Below, one piece after another: positions 27,462 to 36,798 of a DNA stretch of 64,000 nt (its first letter is position 1; each line of letters starts with the position of its first letter). The translations under genes were made by a program, and so were the position numbers. The notes under the pieces are model-generated. The model saw only the letters and a program-made list of their open reading frames with translations, ran no database searches and had not been told where the DNA came from. Origin of the DNA: Candidatus Kapaibacterium sp. (GTDB lineage: Bacteria > Bacteroidota > Ignavibacteria > Kapaibacteriales > UBA2268); assembly GCA_937927515.1 (NCBI GenBank), contig CALBDO010000003.1:67274-131273 (forward strand). Direction: 5' to 3'.

Positions 27462-30400
27462 CTACTCCACAAATTTTACTGAAAGTATTTTAGAAACGCC
27501 ATCATCAGCCATAGTTACACCATAGAGCATGTTTGCAAATTCCATTGTCCGCTTATTGTGAGTTATTAAAATAAATTGTACTTCTTGGGAAAACTTTTTA
27601 ATTAGCCTCAAAAATCTATCGACATTAGCGTCGTCGAGCGGTGCATCTACTTCGTCTAAAATACAAAATGGCGAGGGCTTAACAAGATATAAGGCAAAAA
27701 GCAACGAAAGAACTGTAAGGGTCTTCTCTCCTTGAGACAAAGTTTCGATTGAGTGAACTTTTTTCCCAGCTGGTTTGACTCGAATTTCTATGTCGGATTC
27801 TAAAGGGTCATTATCATTAATGACCAATTCGGCAAAACTATCCTTTCCAAAAAGTTCTTGAAAGACCTGGTTGAAATTCTCATTTACTTGTCTAAAAGTT
27901 TGTAGAAATTTCTTTTCGGCGGTTTCATCTATCTCTTTGAGAGCTTCTTTTAGAGATTTTTCTGAGTTTACGAGGTCTTTGATTTGATTTTTATAATGCT
28001 CGAGCCTTTCGCTTTTTTCTTCATATTCTTCGAGGGCTAAAAAATTGACATTTCCTAAATTATTAAGAGATTTTTTTAGTTCTGAGATTTTCAAATCTAT
28101 TTGTTCAGGAGACTCGCTATCAAAATTAGGCGTCAAAATCCAATCATTCAAATTTATTTGGTAATTTTCCATAGCTTTTGCAAAAAGTGAATGAGCAATT
28201 TCCTTGTGTCTTATTCTTTCTAATTCATTTTGGTGGATTTTTGCTGTTATTCTTTCAATTGCTTTTTGAAGGCTATCCTTATGTTCTTCCTGTTGAAACA
28301 TATTCTCTTCAAGTTCCTTCTTCTTTTGTATTAACAAATCCTTCTGATTCTTTACCTCTTTTAGTTTTTCTTCAACTAGAGTTTTATCTTCTACAAGTTT
28401 TTTTATTACTTGAATTTTTTCATTTCGGTCGTTCACCAACTTCTGAAGCTCAAGGCGTAAACTTGAAATTCGATTTTCACTGTGCTTTTTCGAATTTTCA
28501 ATTCTTTGAATTTCTTTATTCAATCCATCCATTTCAGCTTCCAATCTTACAAGTTCTTTGGCTAATTGCTGATATTTTTTATTTTCCTTTTCAAAATTCA
28601 ATTCTAATGTCTTAAATTCCAAATCCTTGTCTTGCCATTCTTTCTCGATTTCAGCCAATTTTTCCTGCATCTCTGTCAACACTTTCCGTATCTGATTTAT
28701 TTCACTCGTAAGTTTGTTTTTCTCTTCACTCATTTCGCCAACAACAGTTTTCTTAGATATTAATTCTTGCTTATATCTTTCTAAAATAATTTTTTCTTCA
28801 TTTAAATTAGATTTTTTTTGATTTAATTTGCTCTCTTCTTGTTTTAGCAAGTTTCTTTGCTTTCTAAGTTCATCTAATTTGTTATTGTTCTCCTTCTCAA
28901 GATTTTCTAAAATGCTCTCAGCATTTTTCAATTCCTGAACCAGTTCATCATATCTCTTTTCTAACTTTCTAATTCTTTCTATTTTCCCAATCGCAAGGCC
29001 TTCACCATGGTAAACCGAACCTCTTTTGTATACGATACCATTTACTATCATCTCGCCCGACAATGTCACAGCAGTTTTACAAGATGTGTTGACAACAACA
29101 AATAATGCATCGTCAAAATCTTTAACAATGACAGCATCACCGAGCACAATCCGTAACAGATTACGAATCTTGCTGTCTACATTAGGCAATTCACTTGCGT
29201 AAGCAATTATCTTCGGATGTTTATAAAATGGCTTTGTAATGGGTATCTCTGGTATACTATCCAAAGTAACAAAAAAACATTTTCCTTTGTGCTCTTTTAG
29301 AAGTATTTCTTTAGCTTTTTCAATGTCATTTTCGGTTGTTACAATGATTATATTCTTATATTGTCCAAGCAATGAATCAAAAGCAACTCGATATTGTTCA
29401 TCAATTGAAATAATTTCACCAAGCAAATTAAATGTTCTATTAATATTCCATTTGGAGTCTTTTATTAAAAATTTCGTAGTTTCATCAACTTCAAAAATTG
29501 ATTTCAATAGTTCCAAAGATGTTTGAACCTCTTTGAGTGACAACAAAATCTGATTATGTTTCTCCTTTTCAATTTTTATAGATTCACTACTTGCTTGCAG
29601 AGTTTCTTCAAATTCGGAAATTCGTTGTCTAATACTTTCAACTTGATTGGAAAATAATACAACGTCCGCCTCTAATGCTGAAATGTGTTTAGATTTTTCG
29701 GAAATTTTCAATTCAAGTTCTTTTATAACAGTTGAAATCTTATCCATTTTCTCGTCTAATAAGTTAAGAGATGATATCAATTTGTCTAAATTGAGTTTGT
29801 TAATTTTTAAATCCCTTTCTAAAACTATCTTTCTATGGTTTATTTCATTTAAGATACTCCTTTTTTCGGCCAGTCTTTTTTGATTTTGTTCATAAGATGA
29901 ATAAAGCAATGTAGATTCCTTGCGAAGTTTCATGGTTTCATTAGTTTTAAGTTCTTTTAAACGCAACAGTTCGTTGAGGGTCTTGTTAAATCGCTCAATC
30001 AAATTGTTGGTATCGGCAATCTCATTTTGCAGTTTTTTTTCCAGAGAATTTAAATTTGCGACTCTCTCGTTTTCTAAACCAATCTTTTTGTCGAGCTCGG
30101 AAAGTTCTTTATGGATTTGACTTTCATCGTATCGAACATTTTCTATTTCGCCCTCCAAGGAATCAATCATTGTCTGGAAATTATTCACCTCTTCAAGGAT
30201 TTGATTGAGTAAATCTTTTTTCTGCTGGTTCTCCTCTAAAAGTTTTGCATTTTCTTGTTCGTATTTAGTGATAATTTCATTTGATTGACTAAATTTTAAA
30301 AGCCAAAAGTTTAGTTCCAATTCCTTTAATTCTTGGTAGAGCTTGTTATACCTTTTCATTTTTGCAGCTTGCCGAGAGAGCGAGCGTACTTGACCTTCAA

Positions 30401-30992
30401 TCTCATTTACAAGGTCGTAGATGCGGAGCAAGTCGTTCTGAACAGATTCAAGTTTACGCATAGTCTCTTTCTTCCTTTGCTTGTACTTTGAAATGCCTGC
30501 TGCTTCTTCTAACAATTTTCTTCGCTCGTCGACAGTCCCATTCAAAAGCGTTTCTACAATCTTTAATTCTATGATGGAATAAGAATTATTGCCAATACCA
30601 GTATCTGCAAAAAGTTCAGAAATATCTTTTAATCTACATAAATTATTGTTTATTAAATACTCGCTTTTTCCATCACGATAAAGTCTTCGAGTAACAGTTA
30701 TTTCATTGTACTGAAGGGGTAAAATTCCTTTGTCATTTTGAAATGTGATAGAAACCTCTGCCATCCCCAAGGGTTTCCTAGTCGAAGACCCATTAAAAAT
30801 TACATTCTCCATCAACTCGCTTCGTAGTATTGATGTTCTCTGTTCGCCAAGAACCCACCTAACAGCATCAACAATATTTGTTTTTCCACAACCATTAGGT
30901 CCGATTATTGCGGTGATACCTCCATCAAAATTAAGCGAAGTTTTATTTGCAAATGATTTAAATCCCACAAGTTCAATTTTCGAAAGAAACAT
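27462..30992 (-). CDS. smc: Chromosome segregation protein SMC
   Basis: N-terminal Walker A (GPNGCGKTNIVDAVRWVLGEQ); 1176 aa; long coiled coils; hinge; C-terminal LSGGEK-type signature (LSQGEKTL) and Walker B (ILDEVDAPLD). Confidence 0.9.
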   Translation of the reverse strand: MFLSKIELVGFKSFANKTSLNFDGGITAIIGPNGCGKTNIVDAVRWVLGEQRTSILRSELMENVIFNGSSTRKPLGMAEVSITFQNDKGILPLQYNEITVTRRLYRDGKSEYLINNNLCRLKDISELFADTGIGNNSYSIIELKIVETLLNGTVDERRKLLEEAAGISKYKQRKKETMRKLESVQNDLLRIYDLVNEIEGQVRSLSRQAAKMKRYNKLYQELKELELNFWLLKFSQSNEIITKYEQENAKLLEENQQKKDLLNQILEEVNNFQTMIDSLEGEIENVRYDESQIHKELSELDKKIGLENERVANLNSLEKKLQNEIADTNNLIERFNKTLNELLRLKELKTNETMKLRKESTLLYSSYEQNQKRLAEKRSILNEINHRKIVLERDLKINKLNLDKLISSLNLLDEKMDKISTVIKELELKISEKSKHISALEADVVLFSNQVESIRQRISEFEETLQASSESIKIEKEKHNQILLSLKEVQTSLELLKSIFEVDETTKFLIKDSKWNINRTFNLLGEIISIDEQYRVAFDSLLGQYKNIIIVTTENDIEKAKEILLKEHKGKCFFVTLDSIPEIPITKPFYKHPKIIAYASELPNVDSKIRNLLRIVLGDAVIVKDFDDALFVVVNTSCKTAVTLSGEMIVNGIVYKRGSVYHGEGLAIGKIERIRKLEKRYDELVQELKNAESILENLEKENNNKLDELRKQRNLLKQEESKLNQKKSNLNEEKIILERYKQELISKKTVVGEMSEEKNKLTSEINQIRKVLTEMQEKLAEIEKEWQDKDLEFKTLELNFEKENKKYQQLAKELVRLEAEMDGLNKEIQRIENSKKHSENRISSLRLELQKLVNDRNEKIQVIKKLVEDKTLVEEKLKEVKNQKDLLIQKKKELEENMFQQEEHKDSLQKAIERITAKIHQNELERIRHKEIAHSLFAKAMENYQINLNDWILTPNFDSESPEQIDLKISELKKSLNNLGNVNFLALEEYEEKSERLEHYKNQIKDLVNSEKSLKEALKEIDETAEKKFLQTFRQVNENFNQVFQELFGKDSFAELVINDNDPLESDIEIRVKPAGKKVHSIETLSQGEKTLTVLSLLFALYLVKPSPFCILDEVDAPLDDANVDRFLRLIKKFSQEVQFILITHNKRTMEFANMLYGVTMADDGVSKILSVKFVE

Positions 30993-31128
30993 CAGCGAGC
31001 AAATTTTAAAAGTACAAATTTAAGAATTCCAACTGCATTTAGAAAGTTCATATAAGTACAAACTTTGGTGTAATATATGCTATGAAATTTCGTCAAATAA
31101 CTCGACAAAAAAACAAATTGGAGGAGAT

Positions 31129-32664
31129 ATGACAAACAAAAGCATTAAAATTACTGCAATTTCCGCGACTGGCATAGTTTTACTCTTAGCGTTTTATTTT
31201 ACAATTTTCAAAGGAATAATTTTTGCACAGCAAGAAATAGGATTGCCAAAGCCACCAGTAGAGTTGAACCCAAGCGTAAAAGCACTAAACGATGCTTTTA
31301 AGAATGCATCTAATGCTGTTATCGAAAGCGTTGTAAATATTCGCGTGAAAATCAAACAAAAATCAAGCTCTAATTTTTTCAGATTTTTTCCATTTAATGA
31401 AGAAGACCCATTCTTTAAAGATTGGGAGGATTTTCTAAAAAAACACTTCCAAGATATCGACCCAGAAATGACCTCTGCCGGTAGCGGGGTATTCGTTACC
31501 TCCGATGGATACATAGTAACTAACAATCATGTCGTGGAAAATGCCGACGAGATAAAAGTCACTACATTTAACAAGAAAGAATACAAAGCCAAAATAGTGG
31601 GAACAGACAAATGGACCGACTTAGCAGTAATTAAAATCGAAGGTGAGGGTTTCAAACCTGTGCATTTCGCAAATATGGACGAAATCAAAGTGGGAGAAAT
31701 AGTTATTGCAGTTGGAAATCCTTTAGGACTAAACTCCACTGTAACTTCTGGAATTATCAGCGCCTTGGGGCGCGGGGGATTAAATTTGATACGTCCCGAA
31801 GATGGGAATAAGGCAAATTTTGCTATCGAAAATTTTATACAGACAGATGCCCCAATCAACCCCGGTAACAGCGGTGGTGGTCTTTTCAATCTTAGCGGGA
31901 GTCTTGTAGGTATTAATACAGCTATCGCCACGCGAACTGGAACATATATTGGATATGGATTTGCTATCCCTGCCGACCTTGTTAAAAAGGTGGTCTCGGA
32001 AATTATCCGCACCGGTAAGTTTGAACGAGCATATCTCGGAGTATCGATAAGAAATTTAGATGAAACATTTGCGAAAGCACTTGGATTAAAGGAAATTAAA
32101 GGAGCTTTGGTCAATAGCGTAGAGCCGAACAGCCCTGCAAGCAAGGCTGGAATTGAAACCGAAGATGTTATTCTTGCGGTAGACGGAAAAGAAATTTCCT
32201 CGAGTAGTGAATTACAAATAGAAATTGCAAAAAGAAAACCCGGAGAAACAGTTGAGTTAACTATCTGGAGAAACAAAAAGGAAATTAAAATTAAAGCAAA
32301 ATTAGGTTCTCGCGATTCTGACTTTGCTGAAAAAGCAGACCAGGATTTAGACGAACCAAAGCCAGGAGAACCTGTAAAGATTAAATCCCTTGGTATATCC
32401 GTTACACCAATCGACGACAAGATTAAAGAAAATTTTGATGTGAAAAATGGCGTTTACCTTAAAGATGTTCAGAATAGGACTTTGCGTCAAGAACGTGGAT
32501 TGCTCCCAGGCGGTGTTATAACCAAAGTTGATAACCAAGATATTACCTCTGTAAGTCAATTCAAGAAGATTATCGAGTCGAAAAAACCGGGCGAAGCTGT
32601 CCTATTAAGAATTAAGTATAAGGAAACATCAACAATTGTTGCTATAGAAATACCAGAGAGTTGA
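31129..32664 (+). CDS. htrA: HtrA/DegP/DegQ-family periplasmic serine protease with two PDZ domains
   Basis: Catalytic-triad context (TNNHVV, ...D..., GNSGGGLFN) and two PDZ-like regions. Confidence 0.9.
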   Translation: MTNKSIKITAISATGIVLLLAFYFTIFKGIIFAQQEIGLPKPPVELNPSVKALNDAFKNASNAVIESVVNIRVKIKQKSSSNFFRFFPFNEEDPFFKDWEDFLKKHFQDIDPEMTSAGSGVFVTSDGYIVTNNHVVENADEIKVTTFNKKEYKAKIVGTDKWTDLAVIKIEGEGFKPVHFANMDEIKVGEIVIAVGNPLGLNSTVTSGIISALGRGGLNLIRPEDGNKANFAIENFIQTDAPINPGNSGGGLFNLSGSLVGINTAIATRTGTYIGYGFAIPADLVKKVVSEIIRTGKFERAYLGVSIRNLDETFAKALGLKEIKGALVNSVEPNSPASKAGIETEDVILAVDGKEISSSSELQIEIAKRKPGETVELTIWRNKKEIKIKAKLGSRDSDFAEKADQDLDEPKPGEPVKIKSLGISVTPIDDKIKENFDVKNGVYLKDVQNRTLRQERGLLPGGVITKVDNQDITSVSQFKKIIESKKPGEAVLLRIKYKETSTIVAIEIPES

Positions 32665-32692
32665 TAATACGACCATATTTTGTAAAATTAAT

Positions 32693-32732
32693 AACCGTCG
32701 ATGCAAATAAATGCATTCGACGGTTTGCTTTT
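32693..32732. terminator. Bidirectional intrinsic terminator between the convergent htrA and hydA genes
   Basis: Stem AACCGTCGATGCA / TGCATTCGACGGTT with one bulge, followed by TTTGCTTTT. Confidence 0.5.
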
Positions 32733-32746
32733 AAGAAAATATAATA

Positions 32747-34657
32747 TTAAACAATAAATTTACCCCGTTTAACGTAATGGGTGTGTAAAAGTTTGTGCGA
32801 AATATGCCCACAAGGACCATCGACTAAGAACTTCTCGTAAATGTATTTGATATGTGGATTTTCGTGAGATTTTCTAATAGGTAATTCTTTGTCTTCATTG
32901 TAAATGGCTTCGGCACGTTTTCTTCTAATTTCTGGACTTGTTGGGATGGGTTGTCCACCTCCACCAATACAACCACCTGGACAAGCCATAATTTCTACAA
33001 AATGGTAATCATCCAACTCTCCATGAATTAATGCTTCCATTACTTTTCTTGCATTCGAGGTTCCGTGGGCAATCATGAACTTAACTTCGAAGCCCTCGAG
33101 AAATCTCCATTCATCTTTAACATCTGTCAAAATAACCGAACCTTGCCTTACCCCATCCATACCACGGCAGGGAGTAATGTCAAGATTCTCAAAAGGTACT
33201 TCCCGCCCAGTAACAATCTCGTAAACTGTTCTTAATGCTGCTTCCATCACGCCTCCGGTAGCACCAAAAATTAAACCAGCACCAGAGGCATTACCAAATG
33301 GCTCATCAAAATAGCTTTTTGGTAGTTCTGGTAAATAAATCCCAGCTTCTTTTATCATTTGAGCAAGTTCTCTTGTTGTTAATCCATAATCGATATCTTT
33401 GTATCCAGAAGCATTCATTTCTGGACGATTGCATTCAAATTTTTTGGCTGTACAAGGCATTACTGCTACAGTTACAATATTTGCTGGGTCGATTTGCATT
33501 TCCTGAGCATAGAATGTCTTAATTATTGCACCAAACATTTGTTGGGGGGATTTGCAAGTGGATAAATAATCTAAGTGTTCTGGATAATAGTGTTCAATGA
33601 ACTTAATCCATCCGGGTGAACAAGAAGTAAATTGTGGCAATTTTACTTCGGGGTCACCAAAAAGGTATTTTCTTTTCAATCTAAGTAAAAGCTCCGTACC
33701 CTCTTCCATTATGGTTAAATCTGCTGCAAAATTAGTGTCGAAAACACGGTCGAAACCAATCATTCTTAGGGCAGTAACCATTTGTCCAGTCATTGAATGC
33801 CCGGGAGGCAATCCAAATTCCTCCCCTATAGCAGCTCGAATTGAGGGTGCAGTTTGAATTACAACATGCTTAGTTGGGTCGTCGATAGCTTTCCATATTT
33901 CATCTGATGGGTCCTTTGCCCTAAGAGCTCCAGTTGGGCAACGATTAATACATTGACCGCAATTAATACAGATGACATCTAATATTGGCTTGTCCATAAA
34001 AGTAGATATTAGTGTAGAATAGCCTCGCCTTGTTGCCTCCAATACCCCAACTTCTTGGAGGTCGATACAAGTACGAACACATCTTTTACAGAGAACGCAT
34101 TTATCCATATCCCGAACTATGGCATAACTTGAGCGGTCTACTTCATAACGTGGTTCTTTTATGTGACCAAATCTGTAGAAATCAACACCATATTCTTTTG
34201 CAAGTCTTTGCAATTCACAATTGTTATTTCTCACGCAAGAATAACATTCACCATAATGTTCGCTTAGCAGCAAGTCTAAGATGTGGCGTCGTGCCTTGCG
34301 AACACGCTCGGATGTTGTCCAGATTTTAATTTTGTTTGTTATAGGATATGCACAGGAGGCCTGCAATGTTCGCATGCCTTCAACTTCAACAACACATACA
34401 CGACATGCACCAGCAAGGCACAAATCCTCGTGATAACATAGCGATGGAATGTGAATATTGTTATTACGACAAGCCTCCAAAATAGTCATTCCAAATGGCA
34501 CCGTATAACCTTTACCATTGATTTCAACATCGATATAAGCTCCGACATCAGCATCTGCTTTGATTTCAACTTTGTGAGGCTTCTGTGCAACTGGTGCCCT
34601 ATTTTGCATTGCATTAATAGCCATTTTTGCCTCGAATTGAGTTCGACATGATTTCAT
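32747..34657 (-). CDS. hydA: [FeFe] hydrogenase catalytic subunit HydA (M3-type: 2Fe-2S, His-ligated 4Fe-4S, two ferredoxin-like 4Fe-4S, H-domain). The start is probably an internal Met (34624 or 34609), which removes the overlap with hydB.
   Basis: L2 MPCTAKKFE and L3 EIMACPGGCIGGGGQP are canonical. L1 reads TSCSPGW (33614-33628) rather than TSCCPxW. N-terminal ferredoxin-like Cys patterns. Confidence 0.9.
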   Translation of the reverse strand: MKSCRTQFEAKMAINAMQNRAPVAQKPHKVEIKADADVGAYIDVEINGKGYTVPFGMTILEACRNNNIHIPSLCYHEDLCLAGACRVCVVEVEGMRTLQASCAYPITNKIKIWTTSERVRKARRHILDLLLSEHYGECYSCVRNNNCELQRLAKEYGVDFYRFGHIKEPRYEVDRSSYAIVRDMDKCVLCKRCVRTCIDLQEVGVLEATRRGYSTLISTFMDKPILDVICINCGQCINRCPTGALRAKDPSDEIWKAIDDPTKHVVIQTAPSIRAAIGEEFGLPPGHSMTGQMVTALRMIGFDRVFDTNFAADLTIMEEGTELLLRLKRKYLFGDPEVKLPQFTSCSPGWIKFIEHYYPEHLDYLSTCKSPQQMFGAIIKTFYAQEMQIDPANIVTVAVMPCTAKKFECNRPEMNASGYKDIDYGLTTRELAQMIKEAGIYLPELPKSYFDEPFGNASGAGLIFGATGGVMEAALRTVYEIVTGREVPFENLDITPCRGMDGVRQGSVILTDVKDEWRFLEGFEVKFMIAHGTSNARKVMEALIHGELDDYHFVEIMACPGGCIGGGGQPIPTSPEIRRKRAEAIYNEDKELPIRKSHENPHIKYIYEKFLVDGPCGHISHKLLHTHYVKRGKFIV

Positions 34658-35807
34658 CTTTGAAATTAGTAACTATTGAAATGAATGGATTTGGAGAGGA
34701 CTGCCCAAGGCCACATTTAGAAGCTATTTGCATAGTCTTTCCCAGTTCTATCAATTCATTTAAATATTTGTGAGAGCATTTACCCTCTTCGAGAAGTTCT
34801 ACTCCTTCGAGAAGTTTTTTGTTTCCAATTCGGCAAGGAGTACATTGTCCACAACTTTCTTCTACAAAAAATTCCATAAAGTTTTTCAATACTTCTAGCA
34901 TATTACGATTTTGGTTGAAGATAATCACAGAACCGCCTGTTGGAATATCTTCGAAAGAAATATTTCTGTCTATTTCGCTCATTGGAACACAAATACCAGA
35001 AGCGCCGCCAATTTGAACAGCCTTTGTATCTTCGGCTCCGACAAGTTCCAAAAGCTCTTTAACTTTTATTCCAAAGGGAACCTCGTATACACCTGGTTTC
35101 TTACAATCCCCAGAAACAGAAATCAATTTCATACCTTTTGATTTCTCGGTACCATACTTTGAAAACCATTGAGCGCCTTTTGAAATAACTATGTATGCAC
35201 AAGCAAATGTCTCTACATTATTTACTATCGTTGGATAGCCAAGATATCCAGTATTAACAGGAAATGGTGGCCGATTTCGTGCTTCCCCTCGGTGACCCTC
35301 CAAAGATTCAATTAGTGCGGTTTCCTCACCACAAACATAAGCCCCAGAACCAAGGCGAATTTCAATGTCGAAGTCAAAATTTGTACCAAGAATGTTTTTA
35401 CCTAAACGCTTTTCTTTTCTCATTCTCTCAAGGTAATCGTTTAAATATTCATAAAGATAAGCATATTCGCCCCGTAGGTAAATAAAACCTTTCTGTGCTT
35501 GAATTGCATATCCACCAATAACAATCCCTTCGAGAACCAATTTAGTATATTCAGAAAGTAGCACACGGTCCTTAAATGTCCCTGGTTCACCTTCGTCAGC
35601 ATTGCAAACAACAAACTTCTTATCGGATTTTGCTGTAAGAGCCAGCATCCATTTAGTCCCAGTAGGAAAACCAGCACCTCCACGACCACGCAATCCAGAC
35701 TCTCTTACTTCCAATACAACTTCTTGCGGGGTCATTTTCAAAGCTTTTTCCAAAGCTTCTCCATGAGCTCTTTCATCAAAAAACACTGTATCATTTATAA
35801 TTGGCAT
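34614..35807 (-). CDS. hydB: NuoF-like NAD(P)H-binding flavoprotein subunit of the hydrogenase (HydB; core-only, no extra ferredoxin domains)
   Basis: GRGGAGFPTGTKW (FMN/NADH site) and the NuoF [4Fe-4S] motif CGQCTPCRIG...C; 397 aa. Confidence 0.85.
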   Translation of the reverse strand: MPIINDTVFFDERAHGEALEKALKMTPQEVVLEVRESGLRGRGGAGFPTGTKWMLALTAKSDKKFVVCNADEGEPGTFKDRVLLSEYTKLVLEGIVIGGYAIQAQKGFIYLRGEYAYLYEYLNDYLERMRKEKRLGKNILGTNFDFDIEIRLGSGAYVCGEETALIESLEGHRGEARNRPPFPVNTGYLGYPTIVNNVETFACAYIVISKGAQWFSKYGTEKSKGMKLISVSGDCKKPGVYEVPFGIKVKELLELVGAEDTKAVQIGGASGICVPMSEIDRNISFEDIPTGGSVIIFNQNRNMLEVLKNFMEFFVEESCGQCTPCRIGNKKLLEGVELLEEGKCSHKYLNELIELGKTMQIASKCGLGQSSPNPFISIVTNFKDEIMSNSIRGKNGY

Positions 35808-35815
35808 AGCTCCTC

Positions 35816-36310
35816 CTACTTCAAATTTTCAATGATTTCAATAACTTTCGATGGCGTAAGTTTTGTGTACACTTGTTCGTTTATTAACATTGCTGGTCCT
35901 TGGTCGCACATACCTATGCAGTGACAATATTCCAAAGTAAATTTCCTATCCGAAGAGGTTTCTCCAAATTTTAAACCCAACTCCCTTTGCAATGTATTTG
36001 CAACAGCATCTTTCCCAGCAAGGTCGCATGATATAGTTTTGCATAATCGAATAATGTACTTTCCCTTCGGTTCAGTACTTAAAAAGCTATAAAATGTTAC
36101 TACTCCATAAACCTCGACAGGATGGATATTCATTTTGTGCGCAATTTCCTGCATGGCAAAGTCGGAAATAAAACCAAACTTTCTTTGAATGTCTTGTAGT
36201 ACTGGTAGTAAGTTCTCTCGACCACTACCATATTTTTCGATTAATTTCTCAACTTCATTGACTATTACGTTATTATCTGGAACAATCATACTTCCCTCAT
36301 TTTTTTCCAA
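35816..36310 (-). CDS. hydC: NuoE-like thioredoxin-fold [2Fe-2S] subunit (HydC)
   Basis: CHCIGMCDQGPAMLIN Cys pattern of NuoE/HoxE; 164 aa. Confidence 0.8.
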   Translation of the reverse strand: MEKNEGSMIVPDNNVIVNEVEKLIEKYGSGRENLLPVLQDIQRKFGFISDFAMQEIAHKMNIHPVEVYGVVTFYSFLSTEPKGKYIIRLCKTISCDLAGKDAVANTLQRELGLKFGETSSDRKFTLEYCHCIGMCDQGPAMLINEQVYTKLTPSKVIEIIENLK

Positions 36311-36698
36311 GGTATTTATTAATTATATCCAGAAGTACATCGGATTTAATGGGTTTTTCAAGAAATTCATCTACAGGAAGGTACTCGCTTACTCCAAAAT
36401 CATAGCCGGAAACTTTTGCAATAGATGTAAGAAGTAATATAGGTTTTTCAAAACCCATATTTCTTAACTTCATTGCCAAAAAGAAACCATCATCTGGCTC
36501 CTCCATCATAACATCGAGCAAAACCAAGTCTGGTCTTTCCCTTTCAATAAGTTCAAAACCATCTTTTGTATTCGTTGCAGAGACAACTTCAATACCTTTG
36601 TTCTTAAGAATTAAACTAACTGCATCGATGATGTCTATGTCATCATCAACGATAGCAATTTTGACCATAAAATCACCTTTATTTTCATAAAAACACAA
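36297..36698 (-). CDS. Single-domain response regulator (CheY-like receiver only)
   Basis: IAIVDDD...DLVLLDVMM...K receiver pattern; 133 aa; no output domain; overlaps hydC by 14 nt. Confidence 0.8.
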   Translation of the reverse strand: MCFYENKGDFMVKIAIVDDDIDIIDAVSLILKNKGIEVVSATNTKDGFELIERERPDLVLLDVMMEEPDDGFFLAMKLRNMGFEKPILLLTSIAKVSGYDFGVSEYLPVDEFLEKPIKSDVLLDIINKYLGKK

Positions 36699-36798
36699 CG
36701 GTTACAAATGCAATCTACGAGTTAAAAACTAATTAGATGTTACAGATTTGAAAGTGTGTATTAAAATGTTTTTGATTTTGTTGTTGAAAATTTTATTT

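Noticed and set aside
28178-30120. Several 60-145-aa plus-strand ORFs inside smc
   Set aside because: The coiled-coil coding sequence (K/E/L-rich codons) gives long open antisense frames, and none has any motif.
31527-32420. 297-aa ORF antisense to htrA
   Set aside because: It is low-complexity (P/S/L-rich), lies entirely inside the well-supported htrA gene on the opposite strand, and has no recognisable motifs. It is a spurious antisense frame.
34614-34657. 44-nt overlap between hydB and hydA
   Set aside because: It is probably an artefact of taking the longest ORF for hydA. Internal Met codons at 34624 and 34609 give a conventional junction with little or no overlap.
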